Under the pieces are notes generated by a model, which saw only the letters and a list, made by a program, of their open reading frames with translations, was not told the origin of the DNA and did not search any database. A DNA stretch of 64,000 nt, from assembly GCA_027310185.1 (NCBI GenBank), contig DAIDBH010000006.1, forward strand, positions 96,001 through 160,000, written 5' to 3'. The translations under genes were made by a program, and so were the position numbers. The stretch is from Thermoplasmatales archaeon (GTDB lineage Archaea; Thermoplasmatota; Thermoplasmata; Thermoplasmatales; Thermoplasmataceae). How positions within the stretch are numbered: position 1 is the first letter of the stretch; each line of letters opens with the position of its first letter. Of this stretch, positions 7,979 to 18,230 are shown one piece after another.

Positions 7979-10969
7979 ATGAATCAGGATCTAAAGAGAA
8001 AAATTTTGAGAAAGACCAATGATATCATCGCAATGAGTTTTCAACAAGTTGAAATAATTAAAACTGTCAATATCAATGAGAAAAACGAGCAAATTCCATA
8101 TTCAATGAAGACAGATCCTGGGGACGAAATAGATATAAAGTTTAAGTTTCCACCCTTAATTCAAGATCAGAAGTTTATCATAGCATTGGACATGACTGGG
8201 ATAGGAATTGCATATGCTGATGGTATGAACATTCAATCGATTGATCCAGGTCACAGATATGTTTTACTGGATAAGGCATTCAAAGAATTAGAAATTCGAG
8301 CCAGTTCAACTTCCCTATTCGGTAGCAACATGTGGAATTTTACGATCAACAAGATGATTCTTGCCAAAGTTAATTGGAAGAAGTTTTCTGATGCTTTAAA
8401 GGTTGAGTCCATAGTTAAAAGCGCCCTGTCAAGAGATGATGAATCACTCACATTAGGTTTTCTAGATTCTCTGTATAAGGTAAAAGCCACCCCAAATATT
8501 ATGCAGCTATCTATTTCGCATATAATAGATCATAGAAATGAGGGAAGTTACGAGGAACTTGTTGACTTTTATTCTGTCCCTGTGAATGATGGAGAATTAG
8601 ATGATCTTCCTTACGGAGATTTCAGCACTCAACCTCTGGAAGAAATACTTCATAACAGTGGCATCGAGATAAAACACAATATATATCCAATGGGACACTG
8701 CCACATTGATGCTGCCTGGCTCTGGCCATACAGCGAGACAAGAAAGAAAGTGGAACGATCTTTCTTGAATGTTACCAGATTATATGATGAAAAGTATAAA
8801 TTCGTCTTTGCGCAGAGTTCAGCACTTTTCTATAGATGGGCTAAGGAAAAAAATTCTGATCTTTTCAATAGGATAAAAGAACTTGTCAAGGAAGGAAAAT
8901 GGATGCTCGTTGGAGGAATGTGGGTTGAATCAGATACAAATCTTCTGACTGGAGAGTCCCTGGCAAGGCAGTTTCAATCAGGGCAGAGGTATTTTAAGGA
9001 GAATTTTGACATTGAAGCTAAAATAGGATGGCTTCCAGACACATTCGGGTTCAGTGGTCAGTTACCACAGATCATGAAACAATCTGGAATTGAAACTTTT
9101 ATAACACACAAACTGAGATGGAACGACACAAATGTTTTCCCATATACATTCTTTAACTGGAAAGGAATCGATGACACATCCATACCAACAATTCTCGTAA
9201 ATTCAACTTATAATGGGAATATGCAGCTAGATGAAATTAACAGGGTCCTGAGCAACGTGAATAATGTTGATGATCCATATGTGTACCAGTTCGGGTATGG
9301 AGATGGTGGAGGTGGACCGAATGCGGAAATGACAGAACTCCTGAATTTCCTGCCCGAGGTTGCAGGAAATGCCAAGCCTGAATTCAGGCAGGAGGAGTTC
9401 CTGATTGATGTGAAAGAGAAATCCCCTAAAGCTCCTGTAGTTAATGGTGAACTGTATGTTGAAACGCACAGAGGTGTTTATACAACAAATTATGGAATCA
9501 AGAGGAGAGTTGCAACGCTGGAGGACAGACTTGTTGCCTGTGATTTTATAAAATCTCTACTAACAGTTAATCACATAAGTCACCAGAATGACAGTTTATC
9601 GGAGGAATGGGAAACCCTACTCACTGCACAGTTTCATGATGTATTACCGGGTTCTGCAAACTATTATGCATATATGGAAGCTTTTGAGGATCTTGATAAA
9701 GCGATTAGAAATGCTGATTCCTTTATCAATCAATCCCTGAAATTATATAGCGAAAAAATGAATTTACCACCTGGTAGAATGATTATTAACACCAGTCAAT
9801 ATGCGTTGAACTCTTCCATAGATCTGACAAGAAATTCGATTTACTTATCTGACAAGGCTGAAAAGCAAGGAATGAATGAAATCATAAATTTATCTGTTCC
9901 ACAGTTTTCCGTTAATATTAACAAAAAAGTATCAAAAGAAGTGCGTGAGGTAGATAATAGTTTTGAAATTAGAAAGACAGAAAATTCGATCTCCATCAAG
10001 GGAAATTATTACAAATTCACAATAGACGTAAAATGTAGGATTACTTTGGAGAAGAATGGTATAATTGTTTCAGATGGACGCCTGGTTGTACTGGAGGATG
10101 TGCCTGGAAGATTCGATGCCTGGAATATAGACCTTGATACCATAAATCCGGGTCATCTACTGGAAGAAAAGAAGAAGGGTTTTGATTTCAAGCAGGATGG
10201 TCCTAATTCAATAGTGTCTGTGACTATTGATTATGAGGATGATTCAGTGATCGAACAGAAGTTCATAATGAACCCGAAAAACAGTTTTATTGAGGTAAAG
10301 AACAGGATAAATCTAAAGAACAGAGAGAAACTTGTAAAATTCCTCATAAATTCAAGCATAAGAAGCAGAAAACTGAAGTGTGAGATTCCTTTTGGAATGG
10401 TAGAGAGAGATTTTTCTGAAGAAAAGAGTGCAGCCAAATTTGAGTTTCCTGCCCTGAGATTTGTCAACTGGTCTGATGAATCAATTGGTTTTTCCATTGT
10501 GGCGAGGGAACTTCATGGCTACAGTTTCGTTAACGATACCCTTGGCATAAGCCTTTTGAAAGCACCCCTATATCCCAATCCGTTTTCAGACAATGGAGAG
10601 ACAGAAGTAACATTCTTCATTCTCCCAGATAAGGACTACAAAAATATATATAAAGAACTGAATTTTGTTTTCCATCCACCCATAGTACTTCATAATGCCA
10701 GTGAAGGTGGTAAAAATTATGAAGAACAGTTGCTCAAAGTGGAAGGAGAAGACATCATGATTGAGGCTGTGAAGGAGAAGGAAGACGGTACAGGTATTTT
10801 GATGAGAACCTATGCCCTTGAAAATGGAGGAAAGTTAGTGATTTCTGGCAAGAAAAAATTCCGTATTGGAGAATCCAATATACTGGAAGATGAAAGCATG
10901 GAAATTGATGATATAAAGGAATATAAAAAGTTTGAGATCAAAAATCTGACCCTGAATTTCGATGAATAA
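7979..10969 (+). CDS. Alpha-mannosidase, GH38
   Basis: GHCHIDAAWLWP, VGGMWVESD, WLPDTFG, GYGDGGGGP, ELYVETHRG, QFHDVLPGS. Confidence 0.95.
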   Translation: MNQDLKRKILRKTNDIIAMSFQQVEIIKTVNINEKNEQIPYSMKTDPGDEIDIKFKFPPLIQDQKFIIALDMTGIGIAYADGMNIQSIDPGHRYVLLDKAFKELEIRASSTSLFGSNMWNFTINKMILAKVNWKKFSDALKVESIVKSALSRDDESLTLGFLDSLYKVKATPNIMQLSISHIIDHRNEGSYEELVDFYSVPVNDGELDDLPYGDFSTQPLEEILHNSGIEIKHNIYPMGHCHIDAAWLWPYSETRKKVERSFLNVTRLYDEKYKFVFAQSSALFYRWAKEKNSDLFNRIKELVKEGKWMLVGGMWVESDTNLLTGESLARQFQSGQRYFKENFDIEAKIGWLPDTFGFSGQLPQIMKQSGIETFITHKLRWNDTNVFPYTFFNWKGIDDTSIPTILVNSTYNGNMQLDEINRVLSNVNNVDDPYVYQFGYGDGGGGPNAEMTELLNFLPEVAGNAKPEFRQEEFLIDVKEKSPKAPVVNGELYVETHRGVYTTNYGIKRRVATLEDRLVACDFIKSLLTVNHISHQNDSLSEEWETLLTAQFHDVLPGSANYYAYMEAFEDLDKAIRNADSFINQSLKLYSEKMNLPPGRMIINTSQYALNSSIDLTRNSIYLSDKAEKQGMNEIINLSVPQFSVNINKKVSKEVREVDNSFEIRKTENSISIKGNYYKFTIDVKCRITLEKNGIIVSDGRLVVLEDVPGRFDAWNIDLDTINPGHLLEEKKKGFDFKQDGPNSIVSVTIDYEDDSVIEQKFIMNPKNSFIEVKNRINLKNREKLVKFLINSSIRSRKLKCEIPFGMVERDFSEEKSAAKFEFPALRFVNWSDESIGFSIVARELHGYSFVNDTLGISLLKAPLYPNPFSDNGETEVTFFILPDKDYKNIYKELNFVFHPPIVLHNASEGGKNYEEQLLKVEGEDIMIEAVKEKEDGTGILMRTYALENGGKLVISGKKKFRIGESNILEDESMEIDDIKEYKKFEIKNLTLNFDE

Positions 10970-11146
10970 TTCCATTCAGAGAGATTTCCTGGAATGACAA
11001 AAATGGGTGATTTTCCTTTTTTATTTCATTTTACCTTAAAGATATTTTTACTTATGGACAGTTAAGTCCTCACAATTTGGAATAATAATTATATATTAAC
11101 ATATAAAAACAGGAAGTATGAATTGTTCAAAAGCGTATTTCTAATC

Positions 11147-11905
11147 TCATATACGGAGTATTGTTATGATCTCGAGGAAAGAAACGCCAATAAAAACTAT
11201 CCCCAGAAAATAGTATATGGTGCTATCCTTCATCTTGAGTGCCTGTCTGGCGAAATAGAATCCAGAAATAAGTGAGATAATGCCAATCAGGACTCCTCCC
11301 ACTATATCAATACTATTGAGAAGAAAATAACCTGTGGTTCCACTTATCGCAGATACAAACATGGCTAGTGTTGCTGTACCCACCATAGTTTTTGGATCCA
11401 TGGAATAAAGTAGCATCATGACGGCAATAAACATAATTCCACCACTTGTTCCCAGTGTGCCAGTGAGTATTCCTATGGGTAAACTGATAATTAACCCTGC
11501 AAGATATGGATGAGCAACCTGTCTCTTGTGCAGAGATAAACCTTTCTTCGCCCTCCTGAAAGATTGTATTGCCATCAATAGAGCCATTATGGTGAAGACT
11601 ATTTCTAGAGGTCTGTCACTAATGAAAATTGCCACATGTGCCCCTATCTGTGCGCCTATAAGTGCCCCACCACCAAGAATGAGCCCTATTCTCCAATCTA
11701 TTTTCTTACCCCTTGTATATACGTATACAACTGAAGAAGTTGTGATCACATCCACAAGAAGACTTGTACCTACTGCTATATGAAAACTGTAACCAAGGAA
11801 TGTCATTGCGGGAACAACTACTATAACACCACTTGAACCTGTGATCCCGGTAAGAATTCCGGTAATTATGCCTATTAGTGAGAATATGCCAATACTTTCA
11901 ATCAT
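11147..11905 (-). CDS. Sulfite exporter TauE/SafE family membrane protein
   Basis: Two repeats of GxxxGxxGxxGG..vP, AVGTSL and MVGTATL motifs; about 8 TM helices. Confidence 0.88.
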   Translation of the reverse strand: MIESIGIFSLIGIITGILTGITGSSGVIVVVPAMTFLGYSFHIAVGTSLLVDVITTSSVVYVYTRGKKIDWRIGLILGGGALIGAQIGAHVAIFISDRPLEIVFTIMALLMAIQSFRRAKKGLSLHKRQVAHPYLAGLIISLPIGILTGTLGTSGGIMFIAVMMLLYSMDPKTMVGTATLAMFVSAISGTTGYFLLNSIDIVGGVLIGIISLISGFYFARQALKMKDSTIYYFLGIVFIGVSFLEIITILRI

Positions 11906-12646
11906 CGTCTTCAGATCATCTGTTTCTTTACGGGAAACCCATTGGGTATGTTATAATATGATAAAAGTTGATCCTGTTTCCTATACTATTGATACTACGC
12001 CTCCGTTAAATATATCGTCAAAAGACCTATAGTAAGCTTTATAATTTTCAACATACAGTTTACTGTTAGGTTGTATTTATTATGGATTGACATGTTTCTA
12101 ATTTGTGCTTTATCTGTTTTAAAAAGTGTTATAACATCCCTGGAATACTGACTCATGTTAAATTCAAGTTGTTACTGTTGCAGAAACCGAATGAATAAAG
12201 CTGACAGTTTGAGTAACTAATTTGATCTTATGAGACCTAGAGCCTGAAGAGAATGAACATAATGTAGCCCCTATGGTTGAAAAATTGGAAAAAGAATTTA
12301 GATTGATCCATGGATCTGTATAATTTCCATTAAGATATGAGATGCTATAAAACTGGAATTAGATTTGAGCTTTTCCAGGTGTATAAACATACGATTAAAG
12401 ACGAACTTAAATTGGAAACACCATTAATCCCCTGGTCTTATCATGAATAAATAGGATTAAAATCAAATAAATATAAGGAAAGATTTGAGTTGCGGATTCA
12501 AGTAGAAATGAACTTTGAGAGGGAATAAATACATTGGATGGAAATACAGGGATTCTACTATAATGGGGCTTCTTAAAAACGATTAGTGACATGGTAATAA
12601 GTAAATCTCAATAGGAACCATAGAAAAAACTAATATTTTCAAAACA

Positions 12647-12719
12647 AGCCGCTGGAGGGATTTGAACCCCCGACCTGCTGATTACGAATCAGCTGCTCTA
12701 CCAACTAAGCCACAGCGGC
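12647..12719 (-). tRNA. tRNA-Thr(CGT)
   Basis: Reverse strand GCCGCTG-TGGCTTAGTTGGTAGAGCA-GCTGA-TTCGTAA-TCAGC-AGGTC-GGGGG-TTCAAAT-CCCTC-CAGCGGC-T. Confidence 0.97.
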
Positions 12720-13842
12720 ATTCCTGTGCGTCTAACCCGTAGAAAGCAATTCCTGATGGGATTTTAGGGTAAAAATATGTTGATTTTGCTGGCAACACGT
12801 ATCCTTTCTTCATTGTCTTGACAAAGGCCTCCTTATCCCAAGGTGGCATCATGAATGCCATTTTTATGGGATCATCTCTTATCTCTTTCTCTGCCTCTCC
12901 CTTAATGTAAGTATACTTTATGCCAGCCCTGCCAGAACCTTTTTTTATGGACCTATCTATAATGTCCAGATAGTCGCCGTATTTCATTTCTGTTTTTGGG
13001 TCCAGTAGATATTTTGTTTCGCCGTGAATAACGACAGGATATCTTAAATCCACGCTTTCATTAGTTTTTACCAGATTGAACTTTTCACGGATCATCTCCA
13101 TTGTAACTTCATCATAATCAACTATCCTGTGGACCTGAGCTATGAATATGCTTTCTGATCTCAGGGAAGTTACAAATACGAATAAATGGTTGAAAAACTG
13201 GATATCTCCGCCATACTTTTTTGATAGGGATAGCATTGCCTTGGTCCTGTGGTGGCCATCCGCGATTATGCCTATATCGCCCTTTAGAACCTCCTGAATT
13301 CTTCCAATTTTAACAGGATCGGAAAGGATGCATATACTGTTGTAAACACCCTCAGGTTCTTCGTAAATCCTTTCGCAATTTTTCTCTGACATTACAGACC
13401 TGAGAGTTTCATTCAGCTTTGCCTGTTCGCTTACAACGAACACTGGTTCTGTCTGATATTCCATTCTTTCTATGAGCTTCTCTCTTTGATTAACAAGTTT
13501 TGTTATTACGCTTTCGTGTGGTATCAGGCAGTTTTCTGGTTCTTTTAAATTTATTATGCCGATAACACCGTATCTTTCCCTTTGGATTCCACCTTCTACG
13601 AAAACCTGTTTCAGAACCACAAATCCCTGATTGTTGTTCTTACTTATTACACCTTTTTCCTGCCATGTATTGAATAGTTTTCTTGCCTCTTCAGGGTCCT
13701 TACAATCCTTTAGATTGACAATGTTATATGGATTCTTCTTCAACTCCTTCTCCATAGCCTTTGTGATCATGTCAAATGGAGGGGATGTGACCCGTCCTAA
13801 TCCATCCTTGTAAATTGTTGGTACAAATGTTTCAAGAATCAA
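12682..13842 (-). CDS. DUF1015 family protein (ParB/Srx-like domain)
   Basis: SPPFD, LIPHE, IADGHHRT, HR and LPAKSTYFYPKI.SG motifs. TTG start; the stop lies inside tRNA-Thr. Confidence 0.9.
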   Translation of the reverse strand: MILETFVPTIYKDGLGRVTSPPFDMITKAMEKELKKNPYNIVNLKDCKDPEEARKLFNTWQEKGVISKNNNQGFVVLKQVFVEGGIQRERYGVIGIINLKEPENCLIPHESVITKLVNQREKLIERMEYQTEPVFVVSEQAKLNETLRSVMSEKNCERIYEEPEGVYNSICILSDPVKIGRIQEVLKGDIGIIADGHHRTKAMLSLSKKYGGDIQFFNHLFVFVTSLRSESIFIAQVHRIVDYDEVTMEMIREKFNLVKTNESVDLRYPVVIHGETKYLLDPKTEMKYGDYLDIIDRSIKKGSGRAGIKYTYIKGEAEKEIRDDPIKMAFMMPPWDKEAFVKTMKKGYVLPAKSTYFYPKIPSGIAFYGLDAQECRCGLVGRAADS

Positions 13843-13851
13843 TGCTGACCC

Positions 13852-14703
13852 TTATTTCAACAATTGATTTAAAGCTTCGATATCACTCATATATCCGTCT
13901 TCTCCCAGTGGAGTTTCAAAGATCATTGGAACGTCTTTGAAATTTCTGTCTTTAATCAGGAACCTGAACCCATCCACACCAATGGTGCCTTTTCCTATCA
14001 TTTCGTGTCTATCTGTGTGCTCTCCAAGTCCTTTCTTGCTATCATTAAGGTGGAACCCATTTATTCTTTCAATACCCACCGTACTCTTTATTTCATCAAT
14101 CATCTGGCCATAACCAGTCTCTTCTGAAAAGTTATAACCTGATGCCCATGTATGACATGTATCCAGTGTAATGCCGACCTTATCCTTCAAATCTACCTTG
14201 TCTATTATTTTTGCAATATCCCCAAATGTTTTTCCGACACTATTTCCCTGGCCAGCGCTATTTTCAATCAGTACTTTTACCATCTGATCTGAAGTGATAA
14301 CATCATTGAGCATATTCGCAACGTTGTTTATTCCTATTTCAAGAGTTGCGTCCTTGAATGAACCTGGATGAAATGTTAGAAGTTCCATTCCCAGCTTATC
14401 AGCCCTTTCTATTTCCATCCTGAAACCTTCCCTTACTTTCTCCCTAAGAATGTTGTCACTGCTGGCCGTATTCAAAAGGTAGGATGCGTGGACCATGACT
14501 GTTGGATTTCCATTATCCTTCTTCTCCTTTTTGAACTTTTTAACAATTTCTTCGTCCAGAGGTTTGGCTTTCCACTGCATCTGACTCTTTGTGAAAACCT
14601 GGTAGCTCTTAAATCCAAATTCACGTGCTCTTCCCGGTGTGGCTTCCATTCCCTTTGATGTGGATAGATGACCACCTATGTTGTTTACATCTGTAATTTT
14701 CAT
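13852..14703 (-). CDS. nfo: Endonuclease IV
   Basis: GGHLS, HASYLLN, FHPGS, IENSAGQG, LDTCH, HLNDSK, DRHE..G.G, FETP. Confidence 0.96.
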   Translation of the reverse strand: MKITDVNNIGGHLSTSKGMEATPGRAREFGFKSYQVFTKSQMQWKAKPLDEEIVKKFKKEKKDNGNPTVMVHASYLLNTASSDNILREKVREGFRMEIERADKLGMELLTFHPGSFKDATLEIGINNVANMLNDVITSDQMVKVLIENSAGQGNSVGKTFGDIAKIIDKVDLKDKVGITLDTCHTWASGYNFSEETGYGQMIDEIKSTVGIERINGFHLNDSKKGLGEHTDRHEMIGKGTIGVDGFRFLIKDRNFKDVPMIFETPLGEDGYMSDIEALNQLLK

Positions 14704-14706
14704 TTT

Positions 14707-15432
14707 TCACTCTTCCTTTGTGTTAAAATCGCTGCTGTCGATTATCATTTGCACGAACTGGAACACGTGTAGTGCCAGTGCAGGGTTATCTGTGTAGCCA
14801 CACGCATTCAGATCAGGACCTGCTAAAAGTGCTCTTGATCTATCTGCAACGACATCTGTAGCTATAAGCCCCTCCTTTCTGAATATCTGTGCGTTCTGCG
14901 GAACTCTCTTGTTCGGTGGAGTCACGAAGATGACCTTCACGTTTCTCCTCATTGCGTTTTCTATGTTTTTCTTCATCTCCATCCTTATTTCCTTCACCAT
15001 TGGTGTACAGATGTAAAGTTCCTTGTCTGCGAGATTTATCAGTTCAGCTATTTTACTCATCACCTTTGATCTTCCGTATATAGTGTAAACCAGTTGAGGA
15101 TCACCCTTGGATGGCACATTGTCCTCAATCTGCCTCATTTCGGAAAAAAGGTCCTGTACCCTTGTTTCTATCTTCTTCCGTATATCCTCAAGGGTTTCAG
15201 GTTTGAACATCTTGGGCCTTCCTTCAGTTTCCCTGGCGTATCCTTTCTCCACCAGGGATTCCATGACCTTGTACGCTGATGTTCTTGGGATCTTCGCAGT
15301 ATCTGCAATCACATCAGCATTTGCAACTCCATGATATATCAGTGCAGAAAAGGCCTGTGCTTCGTAGGACGAGAGGCCAAACATCTTCAGCATTTCAGCA
15401 ACCTTTTCGAGTCGTGAGGGAATAGCATCCAT
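14707..15432 (-). CDS. TrmB-family transcriptional regulator
   Basis: GLSSYEA..., IA..AKIPRT.AY.V..SL..KG...GRP wHTH domain plus PLD-like C-terminal domain. Confidence 0.9.
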   Translation of the reverse strand: MDAIPSRLEKVAEMLKMFGLSSYEAQAFSALIYHGVANADVIADTAKIPRTSAYKVMESLVEKGYARETEGRPKMFKPETLEDIRKKIETRVQDLFSEMRQIEDNVPSKGDPQLVYTIYGRSKVMSKIAELINLADKELYICTPMVKEIRMEMKKNIENAMRRNVKVIFVTPPNKRVPQNAQIFRKEGLIATDVVADRSRALLAGPDLNACGYTDNPALALHVFQFVQMIIDSSDFNTKEE

Positions 15433-15877
15433 ACCTAAATATGCCTTATATCTTATTATTGTTTTCCAATTATTATCATCTTAGACTAGGTTAACAACCA
15501 TCTTATCATTGCTGATTTGGGTTCTTGCTTGTCCCGTCGTAATCTTAGGTGTTACATTGTGACCTGCATTTGATTCTGTCTTTTCCGCAGCTGTTATTCT
15601 GCGATATTTCGTATTAATTTACTTCCGTTCTTTGTTATATTCTATTTTTTTATTTTCCCATGGGAAGTGAATTTGCCACCTGAAATATCCCTCTTCCAAC
15701 CTTTGTCATGTGCTAATTCCTTGAACAACGTGCCAGATTCCGGGATTAGTTTTCCACAGGAAGGTTTCATTTGAATAGCCTCAATTCTTGTTAAAAACTG
15801 TATATATGAATGCCCGAAACTTTGTTGATGGCGTTTCTATATTTCTCCATGATGATACATCTGAGTTTTACAGCTAA

Positions 15878-15960
15878 GATCAAATTAATTTGGATCAAAT
15901 ACCTTACCACTCCTTTAGATTATCTCAATTAATATTCAATATTATTCAACTATAATTCAA
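15878..15960. promoter_or_regulatory. Putative operator region of sqr (palindrome plus helically phased repeats)
   Basis: Perfect palindrome CAAATTAATTTG at 15881-15892 flanked by GATC; TCAA units at 15925, 15936, 15946 and 15957. Confidence 0.35.
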
Positions 15961-15994
15961 TAACTATTAGTGTTATGAAATAGTACATATTGAC

Positions 15995-17239
15995 ATGGAT
16001 CAAAATCTGCAGAAAAGTGGTGAGAAAAAGAGGATAGTGATAATTGGCGCGGGATTTGGTGGGTTAAGATTCCTGTATGATCTGAAGAGGACCATTGGAA
16101 AACAGTTTGCAGTTACATTGATCGACCTGAGAACCACGAGCTTGGAAAAACCGTCTCTTGTTGAGGTTGCTCTTGCAGGTAAACCTGTAAATCACACACA
16201 GATTCCAATTGATAAGATTGCCAGGAAACAGAACGTTGAATTCATTAATTCACGAGTTGATAAGATTTTTGCTGAAAAGAACACCGTGCAACTTGAAAAT
16301 GGAAAATTTGTGGAATATGATTATCTGGTTATTGCAACGGGAGCTGTTAAGGATTATGGGGCCATTCCAGGGTTTGAAGAGTTTGCATATTCTGTATGCG
16401 ATGATGAACATGCGCCTAAAATGTGGGATGCGATCAATAATTTCAAGGGCGGGAATGTAGTCATTGGTGCATCAAAGACTATATGGGACGAAAAATCGAC
16501 TGAAATAATGCTGGATGCACCGTGCGAAGGACCAATTGGAGAGATAATGTTCATGCTTGATTTCTTTCTCAGTGAGAGGGACCTGAGGGAGATAACCAGC
16601 ATAACAGTATTCACGCCTGGAAAAGTATTTTTCGATGATGTAGGTCCGAAGATTCACGAAAAAGTAGGTTCTATAATTTCCAAGAAAGGGATAAAGGTGA
16701 TCACTGAGAAGGTGCTTGAGAAGATTGGTGAAAAGTCAGTGTTTTTCCAGGACGGAACAGAGCTTCCCAGTGATCTTACTCTAGTGATACCGCCATACGC
16801 TGGCCCGAAGGTTATAAAGGATTCAACCCTTGGAGATGATTATGGTTTCATCAAGACAGATAGGGAAATGAGACATACCCAGTATCATAACGTTTTCGTG
16901 GTTGGGGACTGCAATTCCCTGTCAATGCCAAAACTTGGCCACATAGCAGTACTTCAGGCCGATGTGGCAGTTTCATCCCTTATGAAGGAGGTCAGTGGAG
17001 TGGGAGATGTAATAGAGTTCAAACCTGAAGTGTTCTGTATAATGAACAGGGGTGGAATTGATGCGACACTTATTCTTTCCGATACCCTCTTCGGCGGCCA
17101 TGTGGATAGAACAGTTAATGGACCACTGGCCCATCTGATGAAATGGGGATTTGATTCGTATTCTTATTATACACATGGAAAGCTCCCGCCAGAACTTATC
17201 CAGTCAACGATGGAGAAGATGCTGAAAGTTCTCTCATGA
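15995..17239 (+). CDS. sqr: Sulfide:quinone oxidoreductase (archaeal, Acidianus/type V-like)
   Basis: GAGFGG FAD motif; three SQR cysteines in YSVC, PCEGP and FCI; VGDCNSLSMPKLGH; amphipathic C-terminus. Confidence 0.88.
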   Translation: MDQNLQKSGEKKRIVIIGAGFGGLRFLYDLKRTIGKQFAVTLIDLRTTSLEKPSLVEVALAGKPVNHTQIPIDKIARKQNVEFINSRVDKIFAEKNTVQLENGKFVEYDYLVIATGAVKDYGAIPGFEEFAYSVCDDEHAPKMWDAINNFKGGNVVIGASKTIWDEKSTEIMLDAPCEGPIGEIMFMLDFFLSERDLREITSITVFTPGKVFFDDVGPKIHEKVGSIISKKGIKVITEKVLEKIGEKSVFFQDGTELPSDLTLVIPPYAGPKVIKDSTLGDDYGFIKTDREMRHTQYHNVFVVGDCNSLSMPKLGHIAVLQADVAVSSLMKEVSGVGDVIEFKPEVFCIMNRGGIDATLILSDTLFGGHVDRTVNGPLAHLMKWGFDSYSYYTHGKLPPELIQSTMEKMLKVLS

Positions 17240-17255
17240 AATACGGTAAATTAGA

Positions 17256-18230
17256 TTACTTTCCAGCATTTTCTAGTTTATTCTTTTCTTCCTGCTTTCC
17301 CTTTTCGAAATATATGTCATAAAAGAAGTATGTAAGTATCAATAGTATGATACCTCCTATTATCGTTGCATAAAACATTTCTGTCTGCATAGCTGCGTCA
17401 TTTAGTATTGAATTTATGTTGAGGGTTCTACCCAATAAGTAAGGATACTGAGACAAGGCCACTACGAAGATAGATATGGCAAAGATTCCCTGGAAGATCA
17501 ACTTGTTCGTTATGTACTTCCTTGTGGAAGGTAGTATCCAGAGGATTGGTATAAGAAGGAACAGGATAAGCGGTATCACAGAGAGAGTACTATTGCTGTA
17601 ATCACCCAGATCATGCAGTGAAACCCCTGCAATAATGAGACCTATCACGATAACAAGCAGTGGTAGAAGACGATTTACATTGAGATCGTAGAATATGGAT
17701 GCCATTCCAAAAAGTAGAATTGCAATTCCAACTATGAATCCATCATCTGGCAGGAATGTAATGAATTTTAAGAGGTCGAAGGTTCTTGCACTGTAATCTA
17801 TACCATGTCCACCAATGAAACTGGCATAAATCAGTAGTACCATCGTTCCAAGGACAAAGGTAACCACTGCATAGACTGAATATAGTAGCTTTTTGTTTAT
17901 GGTCTTGTTTTTCCATATCATTTCAGCGAATACAATCATGGAATTACGAAGCACATAAAGAATGAGAAAAATCAGTATATACGCAATGAATGAAAAAGCA
18001 AGTAGAGGAAGAACATCTGGGACAAGACCTTCAAGGTTCACCACGTAGAAAACAAAGAGTGTTCCTGTAATCTCCCATATTGGCAACAGGAAACCAAACA
18101 CCTTCGTCTGACTTTCCTTGTATCTAAAAAGAATGGCTGAAGCGGCCATCAGTTCAGTGGACGCACTTGTGAAAAAAATCGAAAAAATCAGTATATTAAG
18201 TATTACCTCAGCATTAACTGTTCCTGTCAT
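17256..18230 (-). CDS. cydB: Cytochrome bd oxidase subunit II (divergent)
   Basis: Polytopic membrane protein with PIWE motif in TM2 and YPY near the C-terminus; ATGA-coupled to cydA. Confidence 0.75.
   Translation of the reverse strand: MTGTVNAEVILNILIFSIFFTSASTELMAASAILFRYKESQTKVFGFLLPIWEITGTLFVFYVVNLEGLVPDVLPLLAFSFIAYILIFLILYVLRNSMIVFAEMIWKNKTINKKLLYSVYAVVTFVLGTMVLLIYASFIGGHGIDYSARTFDLLKFITFLPDDGFIVGIAILLFGMASIFYDLNVNRLLPLLVIVIGLIIAGVSLHDLGDYSNSTLSVIPLILFLLIPILWILPSTRKYITNKLIFQGIFAISIFVVALSQYPYLLGRTLNINSILNDAAMQTEMFYATIIGGIILLILTYFFYDIYFEKGKQEEKNKLENAGK

Noticed and set aside
11906-12646. 740-bp gap with 61-63 aa ORFs
   Set aside because: No recognisable protein, repeat or RNA; probably decayed DNA, covered under the island finding.
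15845-15865. ATGATGA-TACAT-CTGA, box C/D K-loop-like motif
   Set aside because: No guide regions and almost no flanking stem; plausible by chance.
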